A DNA stretch of 32,000 nt. Source: Synechocystis sp. PCC 6803 substr. PCC-P. Lineage in GTDB: Bacteria; Cyanobacteriota; Cyanobacteriia; Cyanobacteriales; Microcystaceae. Below the pieces are notes generated by a model. That model searched no databases. It was not told the DNA's origin and worked only from the letters and a program-made list of their open reading frames with translations. The translations under genes and the position numbers were made by a program. Where the stretch lies: assembly GCF_000284455.1 (NCBI RefSeq), contig NC_017039.1, positions 3,450,001 through 3,482,000 of the forward strand, given 5' to 3'. Positions 8,488 through 17,646 of this stretch are shown here, one piece after another. Position 1 is the first letter of the stretch. Each line of letters opens with the position of its first letter.

Positions 8488-9066
8488 ATGGCCCGCAGAC
8501 CCCCACCCCGTTACACTCCTCCTCCCCGTCCCAGCTATGATCGGGATTATGGGCCCCCGCCGGGAAAAGCCCCTGGTAAGTTCAGCCTGGGGGCCATCAA
8601 CTATGGCACGATCGCCTTATTAGCGGGAATTTTTGTTTTGGGCATTGGGGTAGGCATTGGTTTTAGTTCCACCGCTAGCTTTAGTCCGGAAAATGTGGCT
8701 TCCAGGGAAGTGATTGACCGCAGTGCCCCCAACGCTGAAGTGTGTGTACAGTTTGGCTCCAGCGCCATTGTCACCGATATGCGGGTGTTTGTGACCCTGA
8801 ATCCCTTTAATGTATTTGTCACCCAACCAGTGATGCAACCGGGCTGTGTGTTGCGCCGCAATAACTGGAGCATTTTAGAGCGGGAAAAATTGGTGGACAG
8901 CCGTCAGGTCAATGATTGCAAAAATCGGATGAATACCTTTGGTTTCACCGGGCCTCTGGAAGGTAATCCTCGCATTGATTGTATTTACCAAAATGAAGCG
9001 GCTGGGAATTTATTCACCAATCAACCGGGGGCAGTGGGGCCCAGGCCAGCTACGGATAAGTTTTAG
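8488..9066 (+). CDS. Conserved cyanobacterial membrane-anchored protein of unknown function (possibly DUF3172 family)
   Basis: Pro-rich N-terminus (RRPPPRYTPPPRPSYDRDYGPPPGKAPG), one transmembrane helix (GTIALLAGIFVLGIGVGIGF), then a Cys-containing soluble domain (VCVQFGSSAIVTDMRVFVTLNPFNVFVTQPVMQPGCVLRRNNW). The family assignment is from memory only. Confidence 0.6.
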   Translation: MARRPPPRYTPPPRPSYDRDYGPPPGKAPGKFSLGAINYGTIALLAGIFVLGIGVGIGFSSTASFSPENVASREVIDRSAPNAEVCVQFGSSAIVTDMRVFVTLNPFNVFVTQPVMQPGCVLRRNNWSILEREKLVDSRQVNDCKNRMNTFGFTGPLEGNPRIDCIYQNEAAGNLFTNQPGAVGPRPATDKF

Positions 9067-9526
9067 CTCCTGGATCCGTTTGAAGAGTTGTCCTAGGTTA
9101 TGGGGCCAATCGGGACTTTGCCGACATTCTTGCATTTCAAGTGTGGACCACCACTTCAACTTGATCCCGCAGGACAATTCCCCCCTGGACTGCTTGCTGA
9201 ACTATAGGTAAAAGCTGATCGATTTTCCCACGGCGATCGATAAAGGCGGGCACTATTGCCAGCCAAAATTTGTTTTGGTCGCTCCCTTGGGTTTTCCATT
9301 CCCGGTGGATCTGCCCACTGGATTACATGGAGGATTAGGACCCTGGCATCATTCCGCCGGCAATAATGCCTTGGGGCGAGATTGCACTGCTCTTAGAACT
9401 GCCTGTATCGTGGCTTTAGCAGAATTGACATTGGTTGTTTTTGCTGCAGAAAAAGTTAAGCTAAATTTGCCAGAAGATTATTAATAAGAGTTAGTAAATT
9501 TGCCAAACAATCTAATTAATCAAAAT

Positions 9527-9985
9527 TTATCGATGGAGATTATCACCCCCTTCTTGTAAATGAGAACGCCGTAAATCTAGCCATTGTTGTAGAATAATTT
9601 CCGCCGCTTGTTGATCAATTAAACCCTTGTCATAACTAGAAAATCTTTTCCGCGCTTTTAACTGATTTTCCGCTTCTACTGAACTTAACCGTTCATCCAT
9701 ATACTCCAACGGCAAGTGTAACTGCTCCGCCACCCGTCGCGCAAATTTTTGCACCTGTTTAGCTTGAGAACCAATCTCTCCAGCCATGGTGTAGGGTAAT
9801 CCCACCACCAACAGATTAACATTCCTTTCTTCCACCAATTGCTTAATCTGAGCAATGTCTTGATCGTAGGAACTGCGGACAATGGTGGTAATGCCAGTGG
9901 CAATCAAACCAGTGCCGTCACAGCCCGCCACCCCGATACGTTTTCGCCCCACATCTAAGCCCAGGGCCGCTACTTTTTTGCTCAT
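9527..9985 (-). CDS. ruvX: YqgF/RuvX putative pre-16S rRNA nuclease (Holliday-junction-resolvase-like)
   Basis: N-terminal ALGLDVGRKRIGVAGCD and LLVVGLPYTMAGEIGSQA motifs of the YqgF family. 152 aa with an ATG start. Confidence 0.9.
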   Translation of the reverse strand: MSKKVAALGLDVGRKRIGVAGCDGTGLIATGITTIVRSSYDQDIAQIKQLVEERNVNLLVVGLPYTMAGEIGSQAKQVQKFARRVAEQLHLPLEYMDERLSSVEAENQLKARKRFSSYDKGLIDQQAAEIILQQWLDLRRSHLQEGGDNLHR

Positions 9986-10040
9986 AACTACATGATTAAC
10001 TGTGAAAAATCTCCCCTTAACTTAGGTGAAATTTTAGCTT

Positions 10041-10059
10041 TAGAGAGGGTCTGAAAAGT
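10041..10059. repeat. 19-bp direct repeat TAGAGAGGGTCTGAAAAGT, copy 1
   Basis: Exact match to 10199-10217. Both copies lie in the ppx/ruvX spacer. Confidence 0.9.
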
Positions 10060-10129
10060 GCAAAGCTAGGTATTCATCCTTCCAAATCCTCCCACTAAAG
10101 CTCCGGCTTAAAAAGGAGGTCTTTTGTAA

Positions 10130-10170
10130 CAGTTCTCCCCTTCCCAAGGGGGGTAGGGGGGATTAAACAG
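10130..10170. repeat. C-run/G-run hairpin element (CAGTTCTCCCCTTCCCAAGGGGGGTAGGGGGGATTAAACAG)
   Basis: Related by eye to 20968-21012: same CAGTT...AAACAG ends and same GGGGGGT(A/C)AGGGGGG core. A simpler relative is at 6111-6131. Confidence 0.7.
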
Positions 10171-10198
10171 CCACAACTCAAATTTTTAAACACTTTCC

Positions 10199-10217
10199 TA
10201 GAGAGGGTCTGAAAAGT
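10199..10217. repeat. 19-bp direct repeat TAGAGAGGGTCTGAAAAGT, copy 2
   Basis: Exact match to 10041-10059. Confidence 0.9.
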
Positions 10218-10310
10218 CTAAATTCTCCCTGTACATCTCATCATACTGGGAAATTTTGAATTGAATTCCCTACATAATTGAGGGACCAGGGGAGGTATTT
10301 TAAATTTTTC

Positions 10311-11933
10311 TTAACCCTGACGAGATTTGAGCAAAATTGCTAGAGTTGCTACTACTTTAGTATTAAATTCTTCTTCAAAAACAACTTTTTTATAATCTAA
10401 ATTCCATAGTTCCAAGGCACAGTCATCGTCGGGATCTTTGGGGGTAATGTGCAAATGTAACTGCCGTTTATCTTGATCATAACGACAATCAAAGCTTTCA
10501 ATGGCTCCCACTTGGCGACGGTCCAAGGCCACCGCTAAGCGTAGCAAAGAACTTAATTGCCGCACCGCTAAACGGTGGGGTTCAGATAATTTAATGTAAT
10601 CATCGTGGCGTTTTTTCGGCTTACTACGGCGATGGTAACGGGCAATATTGGCAATTAGTTCTAGCTCAATTTCTGTGTAACCTAGCAGTTCCGCATTACG
10701 AATTAAATAATAGGAATGTTTATGGTGGGCGGAGTGGCTGACATAAGTACCACAATTATGCAAAATTGCGGCGGCCCAGAGCCATTCCCGTTCCGTTTCC
10801 CCCCAGTCGTGTAAAACTCCCCGCAGTTGATCGAAAAAGCTGGTGGCAAATTGGGCGACCCTTTCCCCAAAACCGAGATCCACTTGGTATTTGCGGGCGA
10901 TTTTTAGCACTCCCCGTTGACGAATTTCTCCCTGGAAACGCATCCGGTCTTGGATTAGCCCATGGGTGAGCATCCAATCGACGATCATGCCTTCCCGCAA
11001 CGCCCGCTCACAGATGGTGATGCTATCCAATTCCAGCATGGTCATGGCTTCGAGTAGAATCACTGCCCCCGGCAAAATAATTTCCGCCCGGCGATCGGAC
11101 AGGCCCGCCACTTCAAACCGTTCTTGGCAGTTGAGACCAGCCAATTTTTTGACCCATTCCTCCACATCTTTTTGGCTAATGCTGTAACCCTGAATGGGAT
11201 TGGGAACCTCTTTTTGTTTTTGTAAAGCGGTCATGGTGGCTAGGGTTTCAATGGTGCCGGAAGTCCCCACCATTTGAGCTTTTTCCCCTCCCTTGAGCCG
11301 TTGTTTAATCTCATCCACTGGGCGCTCCAGCATGCCCCGCACATAGGCCCGCAACACGGCCAATTCGGTGGCATCAATGGGATCGCTGTGGACAAAGTCT
11401 TGGGTGAGCCGCACCGCCCCTACTTTGGTACTGCTTAAAAACCGCACGTCCCGGCGATCGGCCAAAATTAGCTCCGTAGAACCGCCACCAATGTCGATCA
11501 TCACATGGGGTACTTCATGGAAATCCATGCAGGAAAATACCCCCAGGTAAATTCGTCGGGCTTCCTCTGGGCCAGAAATTAAATCCACCGTTAGCCCCAC
11601 TTCCGTTTGCACCCGGGTAAGAAAATCTTGGCCATTTTTGGCTTCCCTAGTGGCACTGGTGGCCACAGCGATAATGTTTTCCACTTCCAAACCCTTGGCC
11701 AATTCCACACAACGTTTCAAAGCGGCGATCGCCCGATTCATGGCCGCTGGAGTGAGGTTATTAGATTGGGGGTCCCGATCGCCTAGGCGGACAGTATCTT
11801 TTTCCCGAGCCACAATAGTAAAGGTGGCCAGAACTGGATCAATGCGGACAATGACCATGTGAACGGAATTGGTTCCAATGTCGATGGCCGCCAACATACA
11901 GGGGTCAACAATCTGGGCAGAGGAAGGAGCCAT
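10311..11933 (-). CDS. ppx: Exopolyphosphatase (Ppx/GppA family with C-terminal HD domain)
   Basis: AAIDIGTNSVHMVI and IDIGGGSTELI ASKHA-fold phosphate loops. HD-type segment AAILHNCGTYVSHSAHHKHSYYLI. 540 aa with an ATG start. Confidence 0.9.
   Translation of the reverse strand: MAPSSAQIVDPCMLAAIDIGTNSVHMVIVRIDPVLATFTIVAREKDTVRLGDRDPQSNNLTPAAMNRAIAALKRCVELAKGLEVENIIAVATSATREAKNGQDFLTRVQTEVGLTVDLISGPEEARRIYLGVFSCMDFHEVPHVMIDIGGGSTELILADRRDVRFLSSTKVGAVRLTQDFVHSDPIDATELAVLRAYVRGMLERPVDEIKQRLKGGEKAQMVGTSGTIETLATMTALQKQKEVPNPIQGYSISQKDVEEWVKKLAGLNCQERFEVAGLSDRRAEIILPGAVILLEAMTMLELDSITICERALREGMIVDWMLTHGLIQDRMRFQGEIRQRGVLKIARKYQVDLGFGERVAQFATSFFDQLRGVLHDWGETEREWLWAAAILHNCGTYVSHSAHHKHSYYLIRNAELLGYTEIELELIANIARYHRRSKPKKRHDDYIKLSEPHRLAVRQLSSLLRLAVALDRRQVGAIESFDCRYDQDKRQLHLHITPKDPDDDCALELWNLDYKKVVFEEEFNTKVVATLAILLKSRQG
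11725..11732. repeat. HIP1 octamer GCGATCGC
   Basis: Read directly from the sequence. Confidence 0.95.
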
Positions 11934-12422
11934 GGGTTAACACTCTCAAGGGGACAGGAACGGGGGAGTTAGGGTCAAAACTCTACCAACCAGCCTAGGG
12001 CCAATTAACCGTCCCTAACTTAACTTTCCCATTGTCCATTGTTATCAACCCCTCGCAAAGCAACACTGAGGAGAAAATTTGCTCAAACATTTCAGTAGGG
12101 AGAAATATCATCAATATCCCATTGATTTGATGCGGATGAAAACACTGGAGTACTGAGTTCGCAAAAATTTCACCGTGCCACCTGGGGGCCATAATCCCTC
12201 GGGCCATGGGAGCAGCGGAACCTGTTAAGGTTTGAATGCTACAAAATACTTTTAGTAGCCATCTTCTAGGGCTGACAAAAGCTGACAATCCTGTTAAAGT
12301 CTCTGTAAAAAACTGTGCAGTCCCAATTTAAGCCTGATATCAAAGCCAGGGACGCAAATATCTCCTCCCCACTCTGACTAGCTACTTTGTAGCCTTCCAC
12401 GCCGACCTGTTCACCACCGGAG

Positions 12423-14387
12423 ATGCCCAGGGCCATGTTAAGTTGCCGTTATACCCTGCAATTGGCGTTGTGCTTTTGCTTACCATTGGGGCTAGTAAAT
12501 CAGGCTTTGGCCACAGGTTTGGGTACCTTTACTTCTAAGGTGCCAGTAGTAATTGAGCAAGAAGAGAAAGATTTAACCCTAGACCCAGATACCGAAGAGA
12601 TAAAGGCGATCGCCGCCAAAGAATTTTTCCTTAGCCAAGGACAAGTTCCCACCCCTCCCCTACAACCACTGCCATCGGAAGACGATATTCAGGTCCCCCC
12701 TACTAGTCCTCCATTGGAACTAGGGCCAGAGTCCTCCCCTCCCAGCGCCGAAGAAGCGGTGGACACCTGTGGTTATAGACCATCTGCTCCTACCAACATA
12801 ACGCCCATACCTCTGTTACAAGGGTCGGTGGATGGCACTCCCCTCCGGGTGAACCTACTGGGCATGACGGTATTTTCCCCGAAGGAGTTGTTAGCTTTAC
12901 CAGCCCTACAACCTTGGCAAACTGATCCCCCCAGCGGCACTGCTCCCCTCATCATTGATACGAATTTGACGGCGGCGGAATTTGAAGTTTTATACCAAGG
13001 CATAGTAGAGGGCATTACCCAGCTATACATCAATCAGGGTTACATTACTTCCCAGGCGATCGCCAAACCCATTGAACCTGTTAAAAATGGTGAGTTTTTG
13101 GAACAACCAATCCAGGTGGTGGAAGGGCAGGTGGAGTCGATCCAAGTACGGGGTCGGGGTCGTTTGCGCCCAGCTTACATTTGCGACCGGGTAGCTCGGG
13201 GAGTTCATAGTCCCATCAATGTGGGTCAGTTGGAGGAAAGTCTACGGCTGTTGCAAATTAATCCCATGCTGGAAAAGGTGCAAGCTAGCCTTTTGCCCAC
13301 CGGAAAAGTTGGGCTGAGCAATTTATCTGTCACGGTGGAGGAAGCTTTCCCCTTCAGTGCCAATCTCAGTTTTGATAACTATTCCCCCATCAGTTTGGGA
13401 AGTGAGCGGATCGGCCTTAGCTTGGACTATAAAAATCTCACCGGCCTTGGCGATCGCCTGTCGGGGAGCTATTACGTTTCCACCACTGGGGGTTTGGACA
13501 TCCTCGATTTTAACTATCAGGTTCCCCTTAATCCCACCGATGGCACTCTCAATCTACGTTTTGTGCCCACCTGGACTAGAATCACCCAGTCCCCCTTCGA
13601 CGTTTTTGATATCACCGGCAGCAACCCCCTCTACGAAATCAGTTATCGCCAACCCCTCTGGACTTCTTTAACAGATGAATTTGCCCTTAGTTTTGGTTTC
13701 CGTTACCAAGACGGTCGCACCCTAGGGCTAAATCGTCCCGATTTGACCAATTTCAGCCGCACCAGCGTGTTTCAGTTTGGCCAGGACTACACCCTGCGCG
13801 ACCCCAATGGGCTATGGTTTTTCCGCTCCCAAATGAACCTGGGCACAGGACTATTTGATGCCACCACCAATCCCGATCCTCTACCCAGCGGCAAATTTTT
13901 TAGTTGGTTGGGACAAGCCCAGCGGCTGCAAAGACTGGATGATAATAACCTGCTCATTGTGCAGGCAGATTTACAACTCACCCCCGATAGTTTGCTACCG
14001 GATTATCTGTTCATCATCGGCGGTGGGCAGTCCCTGCGGGGCTATCGACAAAATGCCCGCTCCGCTGACAATGGCGTTCGTCTCTCGGTGGAAAATCGCA
14101 TCACCTTGGCCAGGGATGGAGATAATAAATCTGTGTTTGAACTCGCTCCCTTTGTGGATTTTGGCGCAGTGTGGAACAGTGCCGGCAACCCCACCCAATT
14201 GCCGCCCAATTCTGTGCTGGTGGGGCCTGGATTGGGCCTTATTTGGCGGGATATTTTGGGTATGACCGGTTTGAGCTTCCGGTTTGACTATGGCATTCCC
14301 GTGATCAAATTGGATAACCTGACCGGCAATTGGCAAAATGACGGCCTATACTTCCAGCTCAATTACCGCCCTCCCTTTGGCAAGTAA
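12423..14387 (+). CDS. ShlB/FhaC/HecB-type two-partner-secretion transporter (TpsB, Omp85 superfamily)
   Basis: Signal peptide, Pro-rich linker, and POTRA-like segments (LRVNLLGMTVFSPKELL; IQVVEGQVESIQVRG). C-terminal beta-barrel with IIGGGQSLRGYRQN and a terminal LYFQLNYRPPFGK. ATG 12435 is an alternative start. Confidence 0.8.
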   Translation: MPRAMLSCRYTLQLALCFCLPLGLVNQALATGLGTFTSKVPVVIEQEEKDLTLDPDTEEIKAIAAKEFFLSQGQVPTPPLQPLPSEDDIQVPPTSPPLELGPESSPPSAEEAVDTCGYRPSAPTNITPIPLLQGSVDGTPLRVNLLGMTVFSPKELLALPALQPWQTDPPSGTAPLIIDTNLTAAEFEVLYQGIVEGITQLYINQGYITSQAIAKPIEPVKNGEFLEQPIQVVEGQVESIQVRGRGRLRPAYICDRVARGVHSPINVGQLEESLRLLQINPMLEKVQASLLPTGKVGLSNLSVTVEEAFPFSANLSFDNYSPISLGSERIGLSLDYKNLTGLGDRLSGSYYVSTTGGLDILDFNYQVPLNPTDGTLNLRFVPTWTRITQSPFDVFDITGSNPLYEISYRQPLWTSLTDEFALSFGFRYQDGRTLGLNRPDLTNFSRTSVFQFGQDYTLRDPNGLWFFRSQMNLGTGLFDATTNPDPLPSGKFFSWLGQAQRLQRLDDNNLLIVQADLQLTPDSLLPDYLFIIGGGQSLRGYRQNARSADNGVRLSVENRITLARDGDNKSVFELAPFVDFGAVWNSAGNPTQLPPNSVLVGPGLGLIWRDILGMTGLSFRFDYGIPVIKLDNLTGNWQNDGLYFQLNYRPPFGK

Positions 14388-14524
14388 CTGAGAGAGGGAG
14401 TTTGGGGAACGCCGTGGTTTTTCCCATTTTTCAGAGATGTCCATTTAGAGTTGTCCTCCCTTGCCGGTGCTTTAGCGGGTCAACTTAACCAGAGCGTTCC
14501 AACCAATCAGTTGTTGAAAACCAC

Positions 14525-15340
14525 CTACTCAATGGTGATTGTGGTGGGGGAACTATTGTTACTGCTACCGCTGCCGTTGTTCTGATTATTGTCCTGTTGA
14601 TGACTGCGGCGATATTCCCGATAAAGGCGATCGCGCCATTCAAAAAATGCACTGTAGGCACTGTTATCCGCCAAGCCAGGAATGCCCTTACCCTTCAACT
14701 CCTGGGCAATGTTTAAGTAATTTCCGCCGGGGATTTTGATCACCATACTCAATGCCGCCACCGTTAAATCTGCCAACGTTGGGCGATCGCCAATTAGGTA
14801 GGGCTGATGTTGCAGAATCAGAGTTAAAGCCTCCAAGTCCTGATGCAAGCCCCGCATGGCTTCCTTGACCGCATCACCACCAAAACCAACGCCACTGCCC
14901 AATAGGTCTAACATAGCCGGGGGTACTGCACTGACTAAATTTTTGAAAATGCCTGGGGTTTGTTTGGGCAAAATAGAAGCCCGCAGACCAGGATTTTGGT
15001 TCAACGCCCCCACCATGGCAACCCGACCCTTCAGACCAATGGATTCGTCGGCCCATTCTTCCATCAGCAAGCATTGTCCCCGTTGCACCGGATCGTGGGG
15101 TAAAAGGGAATTTTCGGGGTATTTACGGTCTAGGTAGAGGGCAATTTCCGTCGAATCTGCAATGACAATGTCCCCATCCTTGAGCACTGGAACCTTTGTT
15201 TGTCCAGAAAGACGGAGCAAATCGAGCTGACCAACCCCCGGCACCACTTCCACTGTCCGATAATCCAACCCTTTAAAGTCGAGAATCAGGCGGACTTTTT
15301 CCGAATATTGGGACAGTTCAAACTGATGAAGCTCAAGCAT
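14525..15340 (-). CDS. Glutathione S-transferase family protein with low-complexity C-terminal tail
   Basis: Thioredoxin-like N-domain (LELHQFELSQYSEKVRLILDFKGLDYRTVEV ... KVPVLKDGDIVIADSTEIALYLDRKYP) and a helical C-domain. The tail is QQDNNQNNGSGSSNNSSPTTITIE. Confidence 0.85.
   Translation of the reverse strand: MLELHQFELSQYSEKVRLILDFKGLDYRTVEVVPGVGQLDLLRLSGQTKVPVLKDGDIVIADSTEIALYLDRKYPENSLLPHDPVQRGQCLLMEEWADESIGLKGRVAMVGALNQNPGLRASILPKQTPGIFKNLVSAVPPAMLDLLGSGVGFGGDAVKEAMRGLHQDLEALTLILQHQPYLIGDRPTLADLTVAALSMVIKIPGGNYLNIAQELKGKGIPGLADNSAYSAFFEWRDRLYREYRRSHQQDNNQNNGSGSSNNSSPTTITIE
14783..14790. repeat. HIP1 octamer GCGATCGC (last copy before the channel gene)
   Basis: Read directly from the sequence. 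Confidence 0.95.
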
Positions 15341-15516
15341 GGTAGGAATTTTAGCAGTGGGTGTACAATCGAAGGCAAACTTTGTTTAAAGTCCAACATA
15401 ACATGACTCTCTCCCTCCCTGGAGCAACCTAGTCTCAGCCAGCCATTACACACAGAATAAATTTCAAACTTACTAATAGTTTTTGTCCTTAATTTTTGAT
15501 CATCAGCAAGACTTTT

Positions 15517-17529
15517 ATGGACTATTTTTTAGTTTGTGGGTTAGGGTATCTGGGACAACATTGCGTTGTTGCGCTGAAAAAATTTGGCGTTAAGGTAATT
15601 GCCATTGAAAAACAGCCACCGCCCCAGTGGGAAATTAAAAATTTAGACCATTACCTAGACCGATTAATTATTGGCGACTGTAGTCAAGCTAATATTTTAC
15701 TCCAGTTGCCTATTAGTCAAATTCGAGCTGCTTTAATTGTTACCACAGTCGAAAAAATTAATCTTGAAACAGCCATAACCATTCGTACTTTAAATGCTAA
15801 TACCCGTTTAGTTGTCAGAAGTGTACGGGATAATCTTAATTTTTTATTGAGTAACGAATTAGGGAATTTTATTGCCTATGAACCCAAACATTTGCCAGCC
15901 AATGCTTATGCCCTTTCTGCCCTGGGCAAAGAAACCATTAGTCTGCTCAATTTAGGAGGGATAAAAATCAGAATCAATCGCTTGCAAGTTCCCGGTTATC
16001 ACCATTGGCTCAGCTACAGTTGTGTGGATGAAATTAATAATCGTCACCGCCGTATTCTCAGCCACGATCGGCAGGGCGACTCTCCGTCCCAATCCATTGA
16101 GTTTCACTGCTGGCATCCAGAAGCAAAAATTCAGCCCCAGGATACGATTATTTACGTGGAAACAGAGGATAATTATTCCCTTAACAAGGGCTATGGCATT
16201 AATCCAAATAGAAAAAAGATTAGTCTAAATTTTCTATATTATCGCAGTTTGATACAGACCAAAATTAGTGACTGGGTCAAAAATTTTTGGGGGCTAAGCC
16301 TTAAGCAGCAGGTGGCGAGGGTTGCTATTATCTATGGCTTGGTAGTGTTTCTGCTTTTAATTACGGGAACGGTATTATTCCGCTTCTTTTACCCCGGCAC
16401 CACCTTGGTTTCTTCCTTTTACGTCACTGCTATTTTACTCTTAGGCGGTTACTCTGACCTGTTCGACTCCTTTGAACCCATATCAACTTTGCCGGAATGG
16501 TTACAGTTATTTAGCCTGGCTCTCACTGTTACCGGCACTGCCTTTGTCGGAGTTTTATACGCCCTATTAACCCAGGCTTTATTATCATCTAAATTTCAAT
16601 TTTATAATAAACGTCCCCCTATTCCCGAAGCTGACCATGTGGTGGTTATTGGCTTAGGTAAGTTAGGTCAAGAAATTACCAAGAAATTGCGGGAATTAAA
16701 AATTAATGTGTTGGGATTAACTTTTAATCCTATTACTAGCCAGTCAGATTTTTTAGATCTTCCCTTAATTTATGGCCATAATTTAGTCGATAGTTTACAG
16801 TTAGCTAACTTAGAAACCGCCAGTAGTGTCATTGTGGTCACCGATGACGACATTGTTAATATTGAAACGGCGTTACTGACTCAAAAAATTAATCCCCATT
16901 GTCAATTAGTAATTCGCACCAATGGCGATACCTTAACCAAAAATCTAGGACGATTATTACCAGAAGCAATTATTATTGATCCCTATGTAGCAGCGGCGGA
17001 AGTGTTTACAGGGGCAGCCTTTGGCGAAAACATTCTCGGTTTATCCTGTTGGCAAGAACAGACGGTTTTAGTCACCCAATATTATATTGAAGAACAGGAT
17101 ACGCTCCAGGGTTTATCAATTGCAGAGGTGGCCTATGGTTATGGAGTAGTGCCAATAATTTATCAAGATAAATCCGAAGATGAAGCGATTTTTTTGCCCT
17201 CGGAAGACCGATCATTAATGCCTGGAAATTTGCTAATTGTTCTAGCAACAATGGCAGGTTTACAATCGATTGAAGCAGGTGATTTAAAGCCCAAGCAATG
17301 GAAACTTAAAATTATTAAAGCTAGTTCTAAAATGTCTGTTTTCGACGGCATTAGCGCCATCGCTCGCATTGCGGGTTGTTCCTTAAAAATCGCAACGGAA
17401 ACAATGAATAACTTACCGGCAACTTTACCCGTTAAAATGTACCATCACCAGGCGACAAAACTTAAAAAAGTGCTCCAGCAAAATCAAATTGAAAGTGTAA
17501 TTGAACAAAGTTTGGCACCAATTTCCTAA
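15517..17529 (+). CDS. Two-TM cation-channel-like protein with two TrkA-N/RCK domains, a TrkA-C domain and an L7/L12-CTD-like tail
   Basis: Rossmann motifs FLVCGLGYLGQHCV and VVVIGLGKLGQEI. Pore-like block IIYGLVVFLLLITG...SSFYVTAILLLGGYSDLF...LQLFSLALTVTGTAFVGVLYALL. RCK_C-like LQGLSIAEVAYGYGVVPIIY. The track start 15496 is TTG, so I used ATG 15517 immediately before the first GxGxxG. Confidence 0.7.
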   Translation: MDYFLVCGLGYLGQHCVVALKKFGVKVIAIEKQPPPQWEIKNLDHYLDRLIIGDCSQANILLQLPISQIRAALIVTTVEKINLETAITIRTLNANTRLVVRSVRDNLNFLLSNELGNFIAYEPKHLPANAYALSALGKETISLLNLGGIKIRINRLQVPGYHHWLSYSCVDEINNRHRRILSHDRQGDSPSQSIEFHCWHPEAKIQPQDTIIYVETEDNYSLNKGYGINPNRKKISLNFLYYRSLIQTKISDWVKNFWGLSLKQQVARVAIIYGLVVFLLLITGTVLFRFFYPGTTLVSSFYVTAILLLGGYSDLFDSFEPISTLPEWLQLFSLALTVTGTAFVGVLYALLTQALLSSKFQFYNKRPPIPEADHVVVIGLGKLGQEITKKLRELKINVLGLTFNPITSQSDFLDLPLIYGHNLVDSLQLANLETASSVIVVTDDDIVNIETALLTQKINPHCQLVIRTNGDTLTKNLGRLLPEAIIIDPYVAAAEVFTGAAFGENILGLSCWQEQTVLVTQYYIEEQDTLQGLSIAEVAYGYGVVPIIYQDKSEDEAIFLPSEDRSLMPGNLLIVLATMAGLQSIEAGDLKPKQWKLKIIKASSKMSVFDGISAIARIAGCSLKIATETMNNLPATLPVKMYHHQATKLKKVLQQNQIESVIEQSLAPIS

Positions 17530-17608
17530 TTAGTAGTAATTCTCTTTCTTTTCCTGACAAAATTGCCGTAAAATACTGATGGCAATAGTTTCTTTATTAT
17601 TCCCAACG

Positions 17609-17616
17609 GCGATCGC
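17609..17616. repeat. HIP1 octamer GCGATCGC (first copy after the channel gene)
   Basis: Read directly from the sequence. Confidence 0.95.
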
Positions 17617-17646
17617 CTGACTTTAGTTTCCCTCTAACCTGATCCC

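Noticed and set aside
8939-9484. Track ORFs 8939..9211 and 9275..9484 in and around the long convergent spacer.
   Set aside because: The first overlaps the 3' end of the 8488..9066 gene in another frame. The second starts at a non-ATG codon and has no SD. Both have implausible composition.
11995-12288. 97-aa ORF in the ppx/TpsB divergent spacer.
   Set aside because: It has no SD, odd composition and no motif. The region is more plausibly a shared promoter region. I also checked 12150-12240 against my memory of SRP RNA, 6S RNA and the glutamine riboswitch and found no convincing match.
14525-14600. N/S/G-rich low-complexity tail of the GST.
   Set aside because: It looks like a disordered extension, and I could attach no repeat structure or functional signal to it.
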